A stretch of DNA of 64,000 bases from Planctomycetota bacterium (GTDB lineage Bacteria > Planctomycetota > B15-G4), in NCBI GenBank assembly GCA_029245865.1, contig JAQWOM010000055.1, positions 73,976 to 137,975 on the forward strand, written 5' to 3'. The notes under the pieces are model-generated. The model saw nothing but the letters and a program-made list of their open reading frames with translations, searched no databases and was not told the DNA's origin. Positions within the stretch are counted from its first letter, which is position 1, and each line of letters begins with the position of its first letter. Below are positions 19,924 through 30,441 of the stretch, one piece after another. The position numbers and the translations under genes were made by a program.

Positions 19924-20002
19924 CAGACCTGATCACCAAATGAAGGCCTGGATTCGACTCGAACCCCGCTCGCGGCCCCGAGTTGCGTCCTCACCCCCTT
20001 GC

Positions 20003-21223
20003 TCACGGGGCGACGCCCGCCGCAGAGCGCCATCCCGCCCGGCTGAGAGGGCGATAAGTTGCAAACGGACGGCCTCGCAACAACGTGATGCTTTTAGGTC
20101 CGAAATATCTGCTGTCCCTGGACTTACGGCTGTTGTCGCCGAGTAGAAAGAGCTGTCCCTCAGGAATACGGGCGGGGCCGAGGGCCGTCCCGTGATCTCC
20201 CTGGGGCGCGTAATGCAAATCTCGCAAGACGGCGACTTCTCGCAAGCTCAGCGTGCCGTCCACGACGCCGACTCCGGGCACATTGTTCAGCGCTCCGCCG
20301 GGGCTCAGGGAGGCGTTCTCGGGGTAGTCGTAGGAGAACAGGATCTCGTCATCGATCCACAGCCGGACACCGTTGTCGACGTTCCAGAACAGCACCCGTT
20401 GACCTGGTCTCAGACCGGGAAATTGCGGTTCAGCGCAAACCTTCCCCTGACCAAGATTGTGACCGAGAAGAGCCCCCCCGCGGTCGGCCGGGGCGAGTCG
20501 CGCCTGAAAAGTGTCGGCGCCCTCTCTGAGTTGCAGCAGGAGCGTTCCATCCCCTTCGCCGACGACCACTTCGAGCGCGGTGTCTCGTACGGGCCAGCGG
20601 CCGAGATCCTCGCCAACGCCATCACGTACCCCAACGCCATAGAGCGCCCAGAGTTCCTGCGCCCCGGCAGAGATGCGCGTCCCATCTGCATCCACTTCCA
20701 GAGAAGGGCCGGACCAGGGCTGAGTCAGTCCCGGGCCCCGGTCTACAGGCACGAGCAATCGCCGCACCAGTGCGTCCTCTTTTTGGACCAGGCTCAAACG
20801 AGCCTTGTTCGGCCCGACAAAGACATCGCCATCTCGAAGTTCGATCATCTCGCCCGGAAGACCGACGATTCGCTTGGCAACCGCCTCAATCTCTTCGGGG
20901 ACTTCCAGGTCGATGCTTCGATCGAAGAGTCCGACGTCCCAGCGCTTCAGTTCACGTAGATCGACCCCCTCTTTCAGCACCAGCAAGTGGTCCCCGGTCT
21001 GAATCGCCGGTTCCATTGAAGTCGAGCGGATGACGTACGTGGACAGAACGCATCCGCGCAACAACAGCGGTGGCAACAACACAACGAGAAGAATCGTCAG
21101 CCAGCGTTGCCGCGACCAAACCTTCGTCGACTCGGCCTCGTCAGGCCCCAACTCACGCACCGCCCAGCAAGTCCTGAAGGTTGATGGCGACCGCAAAGTA
21201 GATGAGGTAGGCCGCGATATCAT
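20003..21223 (-). CDS. lepB: Signal peptidase I (S26 family). The 5' end is probably shorter than this ORF.
   Basis: The catalytic-Ser block SMEPAIQTGDHLLV and the C-terminal GDNSRKSRDSRYFGP box are present. The ORF overlaps the mgtE 3' end by 71 nt, so the true start is probably downstream of 21153. Confidence 0.8.
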   Translation of the reverse strand: MISRPTSSTLRSPSTFRTCWAVRELGPDEAESTKVWSRQRWLTILLVVLLPPLLLRGCVLSTYVIRSTSMEPAIQTGDHLLVLKEGVDLRELKRWDVGLFDRSIDLEVPEEIEAVAKRIVGLPGEMIELRDGDVFVGPNKARLSLVQKEDALVRRLLVPVDRGPGLTQPWSGPSLEVDADGTRISAGAQELWALYGVGVRDGVGEDLGRWPVRDTALEVVVGEGDGTLLLQLREGADTFQARLAPADRGGALLGHNLGQGKVCAEPQFPGLRPGQRVLFWNVDNGVRLWIDDEILFSYDYPENASLSPGGALNNVPGVGVVDGTLSLREVAVLRDLHYAPQGDHGTALGPARIPEGQLFLLGDNSRKSRDSRYFGPKSITLLRGRPFATYRPLSRAGWRSAAGVAP

Positions 21224-22538
21224 TCATGGTCAAAAGGAATGGACCTCCCGCATAAGCCGGGTCCACTCGGACGGCATGACAGGCGAAGGGAATCAGTGTT
21301 CCTGCCAGAGCCGCAACCAGAATTGCACACGGCAGCGCCACGCCCACGATCACGCCGAGATAGGGGTCGGCGGGATACAGCAAGTGAGTGGCCATGCCAA
21401 CCGTCAGCCCTGAAAGGACTCCGATGATCAGGGCCAGCGTGACTTCTCCCCGCAAAACGCGCATCGGTCGGGTCGGATCGACTTCACCCGTCGCAAAACC
21501 ACGCACCATGATGGTCGACGACTGGCTTCCAACATTGCCCGCCATGCCACCAATCAGCGGAATGAAGTAGAGCAGAGTCTGAAACCGAGCTGCATTGTGG
21601 CTGATGGCCTCGAGCACATTTGGAAACCAGGTCCGCTCGACATACTCGATGATGAGGCCCGCGAAAAAGGTGCCGACAAGGGTGACAGAAAGCCACGGAG
21701 CCCGAGCCACCAGGCGCCGCATCACGGGCTCCGTGGTCGGGTGCGTCACGCCGGTGCCTGCGAGTCGCAGCATGTCTTCGCTGGCCTCTTCGTCGAGCAC
21801 CTCGATGATGTCATCCAGGGTGATAACACCCTTCAAGCGGTCGGCCGCATCAACCACAGGCACAGACGCCAGATCGTAATGCTCAACCAGACGCGCCGCC
21901 TCTTCCTGGTCGGCATCGACCTGGATAGAAATCACGTCCGGATTCATGATGCCATCGACCGTGTCCGAGGGGTCTGCGCTCAGCAACGATTTCAGGTCGG
22001 CAAAGCCCACTAACGTGCCTGCCGGGTCGACAACAAAAGCATTCGACATCGCTTCGGGCTGCTCAGCATCCCGCATCTTGCCGAGCACGGAATGCACCGT
22101 TTCGTTGCTGCCGACCGCCACCACTTCGGTCGTCATGATGCCGCCGGCTGACTCCGGTTCGTACTCGCTGAGCATCCGGACAGCGCGACGCGTCTCGTCA
22201 TCGAGGCCCGCCAGGATCGCAACCCGCCCCTCTTCCGGAGCGAGTTCCACCAGATCGGCTGCGTCGTCAGGGTCCATCGCATTGAGCAAACGGGCCAGTC
22301 GCTCGGGGCCCAGGGATTCCAGAAGCTCTTCCTGCGTGTTTTCATCCGCCTCCGCGAGGACCTCCGCGGCCTTCACATCGCCAAGCAGAGAAAACACGAG
22401 CAACACGGCCTCGTCCTCGAGATCCGTGAGCGCCTGGGCAATGTCGGCAGCACGCACCTCGGCCACCGCATGGCGGATCGGGGGTGTTTTCGACGGCTCG
22501 AGATTCTCGAGTATCTTCTGAAGGTCTGGGGCGTCCAT
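21153..22538 (-). CDS. mgtE: Magnesium transporter MgtE
   Basis: It has an N domain, tandem CBS domains and a C-terminal TM domain. I used the internal ATG (minus strand 22538..22536, MDAPDLQKILENLE). Confidence 0.9.
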   Translation of the reverse strand: MDAPDLQKILENLEPSKTPPIRHAVAEVRAADIAQALTDLEDEAVLLVFSLLGDVKAAEVLAEADENTQEELLESLGPERLARLLNAMDPDDAADLVELAPEEGRVAILAGLDDETRRAVRMLSEYEPESAGGIMTTEVVAVGSNETVHSVLGKMRDAEQPEAMSNAFVVDPAGTLVGFADLKSLLSADPSDTVDGIMNPDVISIQVDADQEEAARLVEHYDLASVPVVDAADRLKGVITLDDIIEVLDEEASEDMLRLAGTGVTHPTTEPVMRRLVARAPWLSVTLVGTFFAGLIIEYVERTWFPNVLEAISHNAARFQTLLYFIPLIGGMAGNVGSQSSTIMVRGFATGEVDPTRPMRVLRGEVTLALIIGVLSGLTVGMATHLLYPADPYLGVIVGVALPCAILVAALAGTLIPFACHAVRVDPAYAGGPFLLTMNDIAAYLIYFAVAINLQDLLGGA

Positions 22539-22654
22539 GGCGCTGTGCCTGCCTGGGAAGCCGGAAGGGTATCTGTCCGTTCCTCTCTCCACCATCCGTC
22601 AACCGGGTTACCTACGTCCAGAAAGATGCTTTCACTAGGAGCAAGTCAGCCCCT

Positions 22655-23704
22655 ATGACCGACAATCGCCCCGAATTCCCCCATATCCTCCGGCGGCTTC
22701 TCGAAGCCCTCGATGGAAATCTCACAAATCGGGTTCCGCTCATGAATGAGCGACCCCGCGAGGGATTGCTGTTTGGAGCACTCGAATCTCGAGCACTCGA
22801 CGCCCTGGAAATCGCTCTCGCCCTGTCGGCTCTTCGGGCCCAGCTGGCCGGAGACCCGTCGATCTCTGGCGCTGACCTGGCCTTGGCCGTCGCGGACGAC
22901 AGCGCTGGCCGACTGGAGGCCCTCGCACGGCTCGGCTCAGGAACCCGACTGCTGAGTGGCGGAGTGCTGATCCCTGAAGTGCCCCCCGAACACCCAGCTG
23001 ACGCACGCCGGACGTCCTTCCGTCTCAGCGATGAGCTCTTTCGGCAAGCGTGCGAAATCTTCGGCCAGTCCGCGCCGCCCGTTGCTGACCTGCCTGACGG
23101 ACCGTTTCGCTCTAATGCCGAAATACTTGGAGAGCTGCGGCGCCTTTCGCTCCACTACCGGCGGCGAGCCGCACGCATCTTCCACCTTGACCCCTGGACG
23201 GGAACAGGCGTCGAAGCCTTCGACGGCACGGCCACCCTGGTCGAACGCGCCCGGCAAGAATCGCAACGCATCTCAAGGCGACTTGCGGCCACTTCACCCG
23301 ATGCGGGCTACGCAGCGCTTCAGCTTCAACGCAAGTTTGCGCTCGATGAAAGCGCGTTGGTGATTCTTGCCACGGTCCTCTTCCAGGAAATGCTCGAGGG
23401 AGTTGGCGCCGTGGACGCCGTGGACCTCGTCAAGCTCGTGAGCGAGAGCGAGGAGCAGTTGCTCAAGAACCGCGAAATCTTACGGCCCCTGTCTCAGGCC
23501 GGGCTCTTGCGTCTCGAAGGTGCCTACGCCAACAAAGACCTCACGGCTGACGCGTCCTTGCCCTCCGAGGTGGTGGCGGCGCTGCTCGGTGAGACCGAGG
23601 CGATTGACTCTGATCATCGCCTCGATTTTCACGCCTACCTTCAGCAGCTCGAGTCCTCCGACTCCTTTTTCGAAGACATGGACGGCAGCGGGTTCGGAAG
23701 CTGA
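22655..23704 (+). CDS. Hypothetical protein (349 aa, helical, acidic C-terminus)
   Basis: The ATG at 22655 (MTDNRPEF) follows a divergent intergenic region. I recognize no family. Confidence 0.45.
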   Translation: MTDNRPEFPHILRRLLEALDGNLTNRVPLMNERPREGLLFGALESRALDALEIALALSALRAQLAGDPSISGADLALAVADDSAGRLEALARLGSGTRLLSGGVLIPEVPPEHPADARRTSFRLSDELFRQACEIFGQSAPPVADLPDGPFRSNAEILGELRRLSLHYRRRAARIFHLDPWTGTGVEAFDGTATLVERARQESQRISRRLAATSPDAGYAALQLQRKFALDESALVILATVLFQEMLEGVGAVDAVDLVKLVSESEEQLLKNREILRPLSQAGLLRLEGAYANKDLTADASLPSEVVAALLGETEAIDSDHRLDFHAYLQQLESSDSFFEDMDGSGFGS

Positions 23705-23824
23705 AAAGCGGCTCTTCCGCCCCTCTGGGCGGCAGATCCTCTTCCAAGAGATCTTGGGGCCGCTCCCGCGCTAAACTGGCCCGCTTCCTGTGATGCCACG
23801 ATTATCCGAAGCCCGAGACCTTCC

Positions 23825-25075
23825 ATGACGGACCAAGATCGAAGCGAGCTGATCTACGACTGGAATGTCGTTGAAGATCTCACGCCCCCTCGCCACGCCA
23901 TTGAACTCGACGACGAGACGCTGCGTGACGGCCTGCAGTGCCCTTCAGTGAAGGCCCCGTCACTTGAAGACCGGATTCGCCTTCTCCGTCTGATGAGCGA
24001 TCTCGGAATCCGATATGCGAATGTCGGCCTTCCGGGTGCCGGCCCCCACGTTGTCGATGTTGTGACTCAACTGGTCCTCGCCATTCGTGACGACAAGCTG
24101 GATATCGAGCCCAATTGCGCGGCACGCACCATCATCGCTGACATCGCGCCTGTTGCAGAGATCCAGCAGAAGACCGGCGTCCGAATCGAAACGTCGACGT
24201 TCATCGGCAGCAGTCAGATCCGCGCTTACACCGAAGACTGGGATCTGCAAACGATGCTGAAGCACTCCGTGGCTGCATTGAAGTTTGCGGAGCAAGAGAA
24301 TCTCGACGTGATGTTTGTCACCGAAGACACCACGCGCGCCCATCCCGACACGCTGCGCGCGTTGTACGGCGCGGCCCTCGACTCCCCCGCGACCAAGCGT
24401 ATTTGCTTCTGTGACACCGTCGGTCATTCGATTCCAGAGGGTGCGGCGAACTTGATCCGGTGGGCCACCGAGTTCGTGAAGGAACAAGGTCGGGAAGATG
24501 TGAAGATTGACTGGCACGGCCATATGGACCGTGGACTCGGCGTGCCCAACTCCGTGGCCGCCTTGCGCGCCGGAGCTCATCGCTTGCACGGAACGGGGCT
24601 CGGAATCGGAGAGAGAGCCGGCAACTGCCCGATGGATCTCCTGCTCGTGAATCTGAAGCTCGCGGGGTGGATCGACCAAGACCTCACAAAGCTGGGCGAA
24701 TACGTCGAGTTGACCAGCCAGGCCACGGGCGTGCCCATTCCCGTTGGCTACCCGGTTTTTGGCCGAGACGCATTTGAAACCGGCACCGGCGTCCATGCCG
24801 CAGCCGTGATCAAAGCTCAGCAAAAGGGCGACGAATGGCTCGCCAATCGCGTCTACTCCGGAGTTCCAGCCGACGACTTTGGCCTCGAGCAGATCATCCG
24901 GGTGGGTCCCATGAGCGGAAAATCAAACGTCGTTCACTGGCTGCAAACGCACGACTACGAACCCACCGAACAGCGCGTCGAGCAGCTCTTCCTGGCTGCC
25001 AAAGATGCCGACAAGTTGCTCGAGGACTCCGAGCTTCACACGCTCGCGCGCACCATCACGACCGAGACGCCCTGA
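23825..25075 (+). CDS. 2-isopropylmalate / homocitrate / citramalate synthase family protein (HMGL-like DRE-TIM barrel)
   Basis: It has the LRDGLQ motif and the metal-binding blocks HGHMDRGLGVPNSVAALRAGA. The length is 416 aa. Confidence 0.7.
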   Translation: MTDQDRSELIYDWNVVEDLTPPRHAIELDDETLRDGLQCPSVKAPSLEDRIRLLRLMSDLGIRYANVGLPGAGPHVVDVVTQLVLAIRDDKLDIEPNCAARTIIADIAPVAEIQQKTGVRIETSTFIGSSQIRAYTEDWDLQTMLKHSVAALKFAEQENLDVMFVTEDTTRAHPDTLRALYGAALDSPATKRICFCDTVGHSIPEGAANLIRWATEFVKEQGREDVKIDWHGHMDRGLGVPNSVAALRAGAHRLHGTGLGIGERAGNCPMDLLLVNLKLAGWIDQDLTKLGEYVELTSQATGVPIPVGYPVFGRDAFETGTGVHAAAVIKAQQKGDEWLANRVYSGVPADDFGLEQIIRVGPMSGKSNVVHWLQTHDYEPTEQRVEQLFLAAKDADKLLEDSELHTLARTITTETP

Positions 25076-25078
25076 AGA

Positions 25079-25924
25079 TCAGCTCCTGTTTGCGAGCTCC
25101 CTGAAAAAAGCCAAGGCCGCTCGGGACGTCTCAACCGGGTCGTGACCGTGCCTCGGTAGCTCCAGGCTAGCAAGCCCCTCGAAACCCACTTCGCGCACTG
25201 CCGCGAGGACCGCCGGCCACTCGATCTCACCCTCACCAGGCATCAGGTGTTCGTGGAGGCCGTCACGGCAGTCATCCAGTTGCATGCCACCCAGCCGTGG
25301 GCCGAGACGTCGAACGGCCTCGGCTGGTGAAATGTCCTCGGTCACGGGCACATGCCCCACGTCGAGCATCACCGCCAAGCTGTCGTCTTCCAGGCGCGCA
25401 AGAAACTCGTCCAACTCGGCAAGCGAGGCCACCAACATGCCTGGCTCAGGCTCAAAACAAATCCGCGTGGGCCCTCCGCGACCCTCCTTGAGAAGAGCCG
25501 TGGCTCCGGCACACAGCCGGTCGAGCATCTCCTCCCGCGAGGGGGCGTCAGCTCCTTGGTCACCAAACGCCCCTGCCCAGAAAGACAGGGTCTCGGCTCC
25601 TAGTGCGTGGGCCAGTGCCAGGCATCGCAGCAAGCCGTCCAGCCGCTGTTGGGCGCCTTCACGGCCCGACAGCAGGGTTGGTTGGTGCTTACGCTGGCTG
25701 TCGAGAAGAAAGCGGGCGCCGGTTTCGACCGCCACCGACAATCCGAGATCGTCGATGACCCCGCGGAGTCGTGCAGCTTCCTGATTCACATCGGGAGAAA
25801 AAGGGTTGAGCTGCAACACATCCGGCGTGATGGAAATGCCGTCGTATCCCAGCTTCGCGAGAACCTTGCACACCTCTGCCAGTTCGTGCTGGGGAAAACC
25901 GTTGGTGTTGTAGGCAAGGCGCAT
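25079..25924 (-). CDS. Sugar phosphate isomerase/epimerase (xylose isomerase-like TIM barrel)
   Basis: The N-terminus MRLAYNTNGF and the spacing of conserved E/H/D residues fit this fold. Confidence 0.65.
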   Translation of the reverse strand: MRLAYNTNGFPQHELAEVCKVLAKLGYDGISITPDVLQLNPFSPDVNQEAARLRGVIDDLGLSVAVETGARFLLDSQRKHQPTLLSGREGAQQRLDGLLRCLALAHALGAETLSFWAGAFGDQGADAPSREEMLDRLCAGATALLKEGRGGPTRICFEPEPGMLVASLAELDEFLARLEDDSLAVMLDVGHVPVTEDISPAEAVRRLGPRLGGMQLDDCRDGLHEHLMPGEGEIEWPAVLAAVREVGFEGLASLELPRHGHDPVETSRAALAFFRELANRS

Positions 25925-25928
25925 GGAA

Positions 25929-27218
25929 TTAAGTCGGTGACTTGGCAAACCACACCAGTGGCGACCTGGTGGGTGTCAGGGCGTGCTGTTCGCTTTCTTC
26001 AGGTTCGCGGCTGCAACTCGAGAAGACCAGTCGGCCGCCCGGAGCGAGGTGCTTGCGAACTGCCTCGATCATGCGTGTCTGAGTCGTCGCCATCTCCTGA
26101 AATGTCCCGGGTTTCAAGCGCCAGCGAGCCTCGGGCCGTGCTCCCAGCACAGCGGTGTTGCTGCACGGTGCGTCGAGCAGTATGGCGTCGAATCCCTGAC
26201 TCGGCTTTCCCGGAGGGGGCTCTTCTGACAACACGTCGTGCTCGGCCACTTCAATGCCTTCAAGCCCCAGTCGATCCACCGTTTCTCTGACCCGCTCGAG
26301 ACGCGTCGCGAAACGATCCGTCGCCACGACCCGTCCTTGCCCGGCCAGCAACTCCGCGATGTGTGCCGCCTTGCCGCCCGGCGCCGCGCAGGCATCCCAG
26401 ATGACCTCGTTCGGCTGAGGCGAAAGGACCTCTGCGGCATCCATCTGCCTGATGTCCTGAACAGAGAACAACCCATCCCGAAAAGATCGCCCTGTCACGA
26501 GGTTTCGCGTCTTGCCAACCACCTGCACAGCAGGCGGGCCATGATCGCGTTCAACCACCCCTGCGGTCAGTCCCTCTTTCATGAGCCGCTGCACGAGGTC
26601 CGGTGCCTCTGCTCTTCCGGCTCGGGGCCTGAGATAGAGAGAAGGGACTCCGTTGCCAGCCTCCATCCAGGCCACCGCCTGTTCTTCACCCACCCGATCA
26701 ACCCAGCGTTGCACCAGAAACTCGGGATGGCTGTGATAAGTCGCTAGATATGCCGCTCGCCCCCGCTCCGGGTCAGGAAAAACCGGCCGAGTGAAGAAAC
26801 ACACCATGCGTCCCGGTCGCTCGAAGCGCTTGGTGGGGCTTGCCCCTCCTCGATCGAGATCCGGCGCCATGATATTGCAGTTCCGCACAATGTTCCGCAG
26901 AACACCGTTGGCATAGGCCTTGTGAGAATGAAGCTTGAGGGCACCCACAGCCTCTGAAACCGCCGCGTGACGTGGAATCCCGTCCAGAAAGAGAAGCTGA
27001 TACACACCGAGACGCACGGCGGCACGCACAGGTGCGTCAAGTGTTTCGGCTCCTCGCTTGCCATAGGCATCGTGCACCGCGTCAAGTGTGAGCTGACGGC
27101 GTAAGACGCCGTACACAAGCTCGCGTACGAAGGGCGAGTCGTCGCGACGGAGAAGGTTCTCCGCAAACGCCTCTCCCGTTTCGACCCTCTCCAGAATAGA
27201 TAGCGCGCGCGCTCTCAT
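25929..27218 (-). CDS. rsmB: 16S rRNA (cytosine967-C5)-methyltransferase RsmB (Sun)
   Basis: It has a NusB-like N-terminus and the NOL1/NOP2/Sun motif FDAILLDAPCSNTAV. I verified the internal start MRARALSILE at 27218; it overlaps the fmt stop by 4 nt. Confidence 0.85.
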   Translation of the reverse strand: MRARALSILERVETGEAFAENLLRRDDSPFVRELVYGVLRRQLTLDAVHDAYGKRGAETLDAPVRAAVRLGVYQLLFLDGIPRHAAVSEAVGALKLHSHKAYANGVLRNIVRNCNIMAPDLDRGGASPTKRFERPGRMVCFFTRPVFPDPERGRAAYLATYHSHPEFLVQRWVDRVGEEQAVAWMEAGNGVPSLYLRPRAGRAEAPDLVQRLMKEGLTAGVVERDHGPPAVQVVGKTRNLVTGRSFRDGLFSVQDIRQMDAAEVLSPQPNEVIWDACAAPGGKAAHIAELLAGQGRVVATDRFATRLERVRETVDRLGLEGIEVAEHDVLSEEPPPGKPSQGFDAILLDAPCSNTAVLGARPEARWRLKPGTFQEMATTQTRMIEAVRKHLAPGGRLVFSSCSREPEESEQHALTPTRSPLVWFAKSPT

Positions 27219-28144
27219 GGCCCGAGTCGGCTTCCCTCTGCCAACGAGAAGCCACGCAAGAAAGCCCCCGCATCCATCGGCTTTCCGCCAGCTCGCTGCA
27301 AACGCGAGATGAGATAGGCACCTCGACCGCAAGCGACATGAATGCCTTCTGGCCCCGCCTGGATGATTTCTCCCGGCAGAGGGCCGCGAGCGCAGGGAAC
27401 CGGCTCGCCGACCAAAATGCGTAACGAAGAGCCGTCCTCGAGCAAAGCAAACGCTCCTGGCGTGGGCGTCACCGCGCGGACCCGCTGGTCGATCTCTCGG
27501 TTCTCCTGCTCCCACCGAACCCGCCCATCATCACGAACCAGCTTCTTGGCACGTGTCACAGCTGACTCGTCCTGCCGGACCCGCGTCAGTTCCCCCGAGG
27601 CCATCTGGTCGATGGTCTGGGTAAGTAGGCGAGCTCCCTCCGTGGCCAGTTCGCCGAGAAGATCCCCGGCTGTTTTGCGCTCCACGGGGGTCCTGCTCAC
27701 GGCCAGGACGTCCCCGGCATCCATGCGCTCGGCCACTTCGATGATGCAAACTCCGGTGCATTCGTCACCTGCCATCACCGCCGCTTGGATGGGGGCCGCA
27801 CCGCGCCAGCGAGGCAGCAGTGAAGGATGGATGTTGATGCAGCCCCAGGGCCCCGCTGCACGCACGGCAGGCCCGAGCTTCTGTCCAAAAGCCACGACGA
27901 CCACGAGGTCCGGCTGGGTTCCGGTGAGCCAGGCCAGGCCGTCAGGATTGTTGATGTCCTGAAGTTCGGCGGCCTCCAAACCGAAGGCTTCCGCATGAGA
28001 AGCCACATCGGTCATGCGCGGCTCACGCCCGCGGCCTGCCGGTCGGGCAGGCTGTGTTCCGAGCGCCACTTCATGCCCTTCGCTGAGCAACGCGTCCAGA
28101 CTAGGACACGCGAAGGCAGCAGATGCCAGGAGCGTCACACGCAT
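27215..28144 (-). CDS. fmt: Methionyl-tRNA formyltransferase
   Basis: It has the formyltransferase N-domain (GINIHPSLLPRWRGAAPIQ) and the C-terminal domain. Confidence 0.9.
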   Translation of the reverse strand: MRVTLLASAAFACPSLDALLSEGHEVALGTQPARPAGRGREPRMTDVASHAEAFGLEAAELQDINNPDGLAWLTGTQPDLVVVVAFGQKLGPAVRAAGPWGCINIHPSLLPRWRGAAPIQAAVMAGDECTGVCIIEVAERMDAGDVLAVSRTPVERKTAGDLLGELATEGARLLTQTIDQMASGELTRVRQDESAVTRAKKLVRDDGRVRWEQENREIDQRVRAVTPTPGAFALLEDGSSLRILVGEPVPCARGPLPGEIIQAGPEGIHVACGRGAYLISRLQRAGGKPMDAGAFLRGFSLAEGSRLGP

Positions 28145-28189
28145 GGTTGCCGAACGCTCAGACCTCGATTCAGCCGGCAGGCTTGCCGG

Positions 28190-28531
28190 TCAGACCGAGA
28201 CCCCAAACGCCTTGGAGAATTCCGACTTGTAGTCCTCGGGCGTCTTGCCCGATCCAACGATGCGGCCGACCTCTTTGCCTCCCTGGAAGAGCAAGATCGT
28301 CGGAATCGCGGTGACACCCATGGAACTGGGCGTCTGCGGATTCGCCGTGATGTCCATCTTTCCGATGGTGACGGTGCCGGCGAGTTCTTCGGCCAACGCC
28401 TCGATGGTTGGGGCCAAGGCCCGGCAGGGTGCGCACCAATCGGCCCAGAGGTCGACGACCACGGGAAGTTCAGATTGGAGAACGTCGCTCTGGAAGTTGG
28501 CGTCCGTGAATTCTCGGGTGTTGCCAGCCAT
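28190..28531 (-). CDS. trxA: Thioredoxin
   Basis: The WCAPC active site (VVDLWADWCAPCRALAP) is present. The product is 113 aa from the internal Met. Confidence 0.85.
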   Translation of the reverse strand: MAGNTREFTDANFQSDVLQSELPVVVDLWADWCAPCRALAPTIEALAEELAGTVTIGKMDITANPQTPSSMGVTAIPTILLFQGGKEVGRIVGSGKTPEDYKSEFSKAFGVSV

Positions 28532-28598
28532 CAATGGTCCTTTCGGATCGTGCGTTGTGAGAAGCAGGCGAAAAAACGCTGCGCCTCGCTTCGAGTCG

Positions 28599-29510
28599 TC
28601 AGTCGCCCCCGGTTTCGTCAACCCGCGGTGAGAAGGGGGATACAATACTGTCCGCGTCGGAAACGGCCAAGTCAGAGGCGCTCGCTGGGGCCTCATCTTC
28701 GTCTGAAAGGGGTTGTGCCGGTGGGCGAGGTTCGTCCTCCTCTGCCCCATCCGAAGCGGACAACTCGTCCTCCTGGGGCAGGTGGAGTGGTTCGGAATCC
28801 CGGTCCTCTCGGAGCGCCAGCGTGATGGGCTCGTGCTCGCTGGCCTGCTTGACCACCACCTGCTGAGCCTTCACCAACTCTAAAAGTGACAGAAAAACCC
28901 CTAGCACGTCACTTGTTCCACCAGCCTGCAGAATGAAGTCCCTGAGCGGCCATTGGTCGCGGGAGGCCAACTGCTTGAGCGTGTCCCGCATGTACTCGCT
29001 CATCGGCTTTTCGAGAGTGAGCGTGTGGAACTCCCGGTTGATGCCGATCTCTTCCATCAACCGAACAAACGACCCGACCAGATCCCAGAGCCCTATTTCT
29101 TCTAGCTCTGTCCCCGGATCGGGCGGCACTTCGCTCGTTCCCCGAGGATGCCGGAGCGCCGTCTCAGAAGCTCGGTCTCCGAGTTCCAGGGAAAGCGACT
29201 TGAACTTGCGGTATTCGAGCAGTTGCTGGATGAGCTCGTCTCCGGGATCGAGCTCTTCCTCGAGATCAACCTCTTCCTCTCGCGGAAGAATCGAACGAGA
29301 TTTGATGAGGATGAGCGTCGACGCCATCACCAAGAACTCGCCCGCGACATTGATGTCGACGGCCTTCATGACCTCGAGGGCTGCCAGATATTGATCGCAA
29401 AGCCGAGAAAGGTCGACCTCAAGGATCTCCATCTCCTGCTCCCGGATCAGGTGCAGAAGGAGGTCCATGGGGCCTCGGAAGTTCTCAAGCTCGAAGACCT
29501 GTTCAGTCAT
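28599..29510 (-). CDS. scpA: Segregation and condensation protein A (kleisin)
   Basis: The ScpA N-terminal signature FELENFRGPMDLLLHLIREQEMEI is present. The C-terminus has an acidic tail. Confidence 0.75.
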   Translation of the reverse strand: MTEQVFELENFRGPMDLLLHLIREQEMEILEVDLSRLCDQYLAALEVMKAVDINVAGEFLVMASTLILIKSRSILPREEEVDLEEELDPGDELIQQLLEYRKFKSLSLELGDRASETALRHPRGTSEVPPDPGTELEEIGLWDLVGSFVRLMEEIGINREFHTLTLEKPMSEYMRDTLKQLASRDQWPLRDFILQAGGTSDVLGVFLSLLELVKAQQVVVKQASEHEPITLALREDRDSEPLHLPQEDELSASDGAEEDEPRPPAQPLSDEDEAPASASDLAVSDADSIVSPFSPRVDETGGD

Positions 29511-29545
29511 GGCGGAAGCATCGGTGCGAATCAACGAAAGGTGAG

Positions 29546-30280
29546 TCAAGCAAACGGGTTCTGGTCAAAGAGCCAGAGCAGACCCCGATCGTACACGGCG
29601 ATGACCTTCTGGATGAGGCTCCAGAACACAGCGAAACCATCAAAGACGAACACCACGACCAAGACGATCAGAACACCTGCGCGGTCAAACGAGAACCAGG
29701 TGCGTTTGGCAAAGCGCGGAAGCATCCACCCAATGACCCGAGACCCATCCAATGGGGGAATCGGAATCAGATTGAACATGGCCAGAGCGATGTTCAGGAA
29801 GATCCCAGCCCACAGGATGGCCCCCAGGAGCTGTGTCGGAGGGCCTTCCAGGAGAGAGGGTGCCATCCGGATATCGGCCCCCCCCGGGTTCTCGATCATG
29901 CCCGTCTCGACCAGGCCGCTCCAGTAGCACCCGACGTAAACCACGCCAAAGAGGAGCGAGAGGAGGATGTTCGAGCCTGGCCCTGCGAGGGCCACATACA
30001 TGAAGTCGCGTGTCGTTCGCTTGAAATACCGGACGTCTACCGGAACTGGCTTTCCGCCTGCGATGGCAAAACCGAAGCTGAAAAAGAGGATCAGCGGCAA
30101 AATAAAGGACAGAAACGGATCCAGGTGCTTGATTGGATTCAGCGTCACCCGGCCCAACTGGCGTGCCGTCGGATCGCCCAATTTGTCGGCCACCCAGGCA
30201 TGGGCAGCCTCATGCCAGCTGAGCGAAAGCAGCAGCACGGCAAAGAATGGGATGGCGGCGAAAAGATCGTCGGTTAGCAA
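29546..30280 (-). CDS. Site-2 protease family (peptidase M50) membrane metalloprotease
   Basis: An HEAAHAW (HExxH) motif sits inside a TM helix. The protein is a polytopic membrane protein of 244 aa. Confidence 0.75.
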   Translation of the reverse strand: MLTDDLFAAIPFFAVLLLSLSWHEAAHAWVADKLGDPTARQLGRVTLNPIKHLDPFLSFILPLILFFSFGFAIAGGKPVPVDVRYFKRTTRDFMYVALAGPGSNILLSLLFGVVYVGCYWSGLVETGMIENPGGADIRMAPSLLEGPPTQLLGAILWAGIFLNIALAMFNLIPIPPLDGSRVIGWMLPRFAKRTWFSFDRAGVLIVLVVVFVFDGFAVFWSLIQKVIAVYDRGLLWLFDQNPFA

Positions 30281-30441
30281 GCGGCTTGGTTCTGCGAACA
30301 GGGCCTAGGAATCGCTACTCTAGCGCGGAGTTCTCGCTGCGATCTACTGCGGGAAAAGACTGACTCAATTCATCACGGATAGGATGCCTCAAGACCGGCG
30401 GCGAGCCTGAAATCCTTCGGTCCGCCCTGGGGAGCAGCACC

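Noticed and set aside
19940-19990. A tRNA-like T-arm resemblance (ggattcgactcgaaccc) in the spacer between the ECF sigma gene and lepB
   Set aside because: I could not build a cloverleaf around it. The flanks lack acceptor, D-arm and anticodon-arm pairing. It is more likely part of the ECF operon promoter region.
21153-21223. A 71-nt overlap between the lepB ORF start and the mgtE 3' end
   Set aside because: This is an ORF-caller artefact from taking the first in-frame start. The signal peptidase TM helix and catalytic domain all lie downstream, so an internal GTG/TTG start is likely.
22539-22654. A possible Mg2+ (M-box) riboswitch upstream of mgtE
   Set aside because: The leader is only about 116 nt, and its sequence shows none of the conserved M-box segments.
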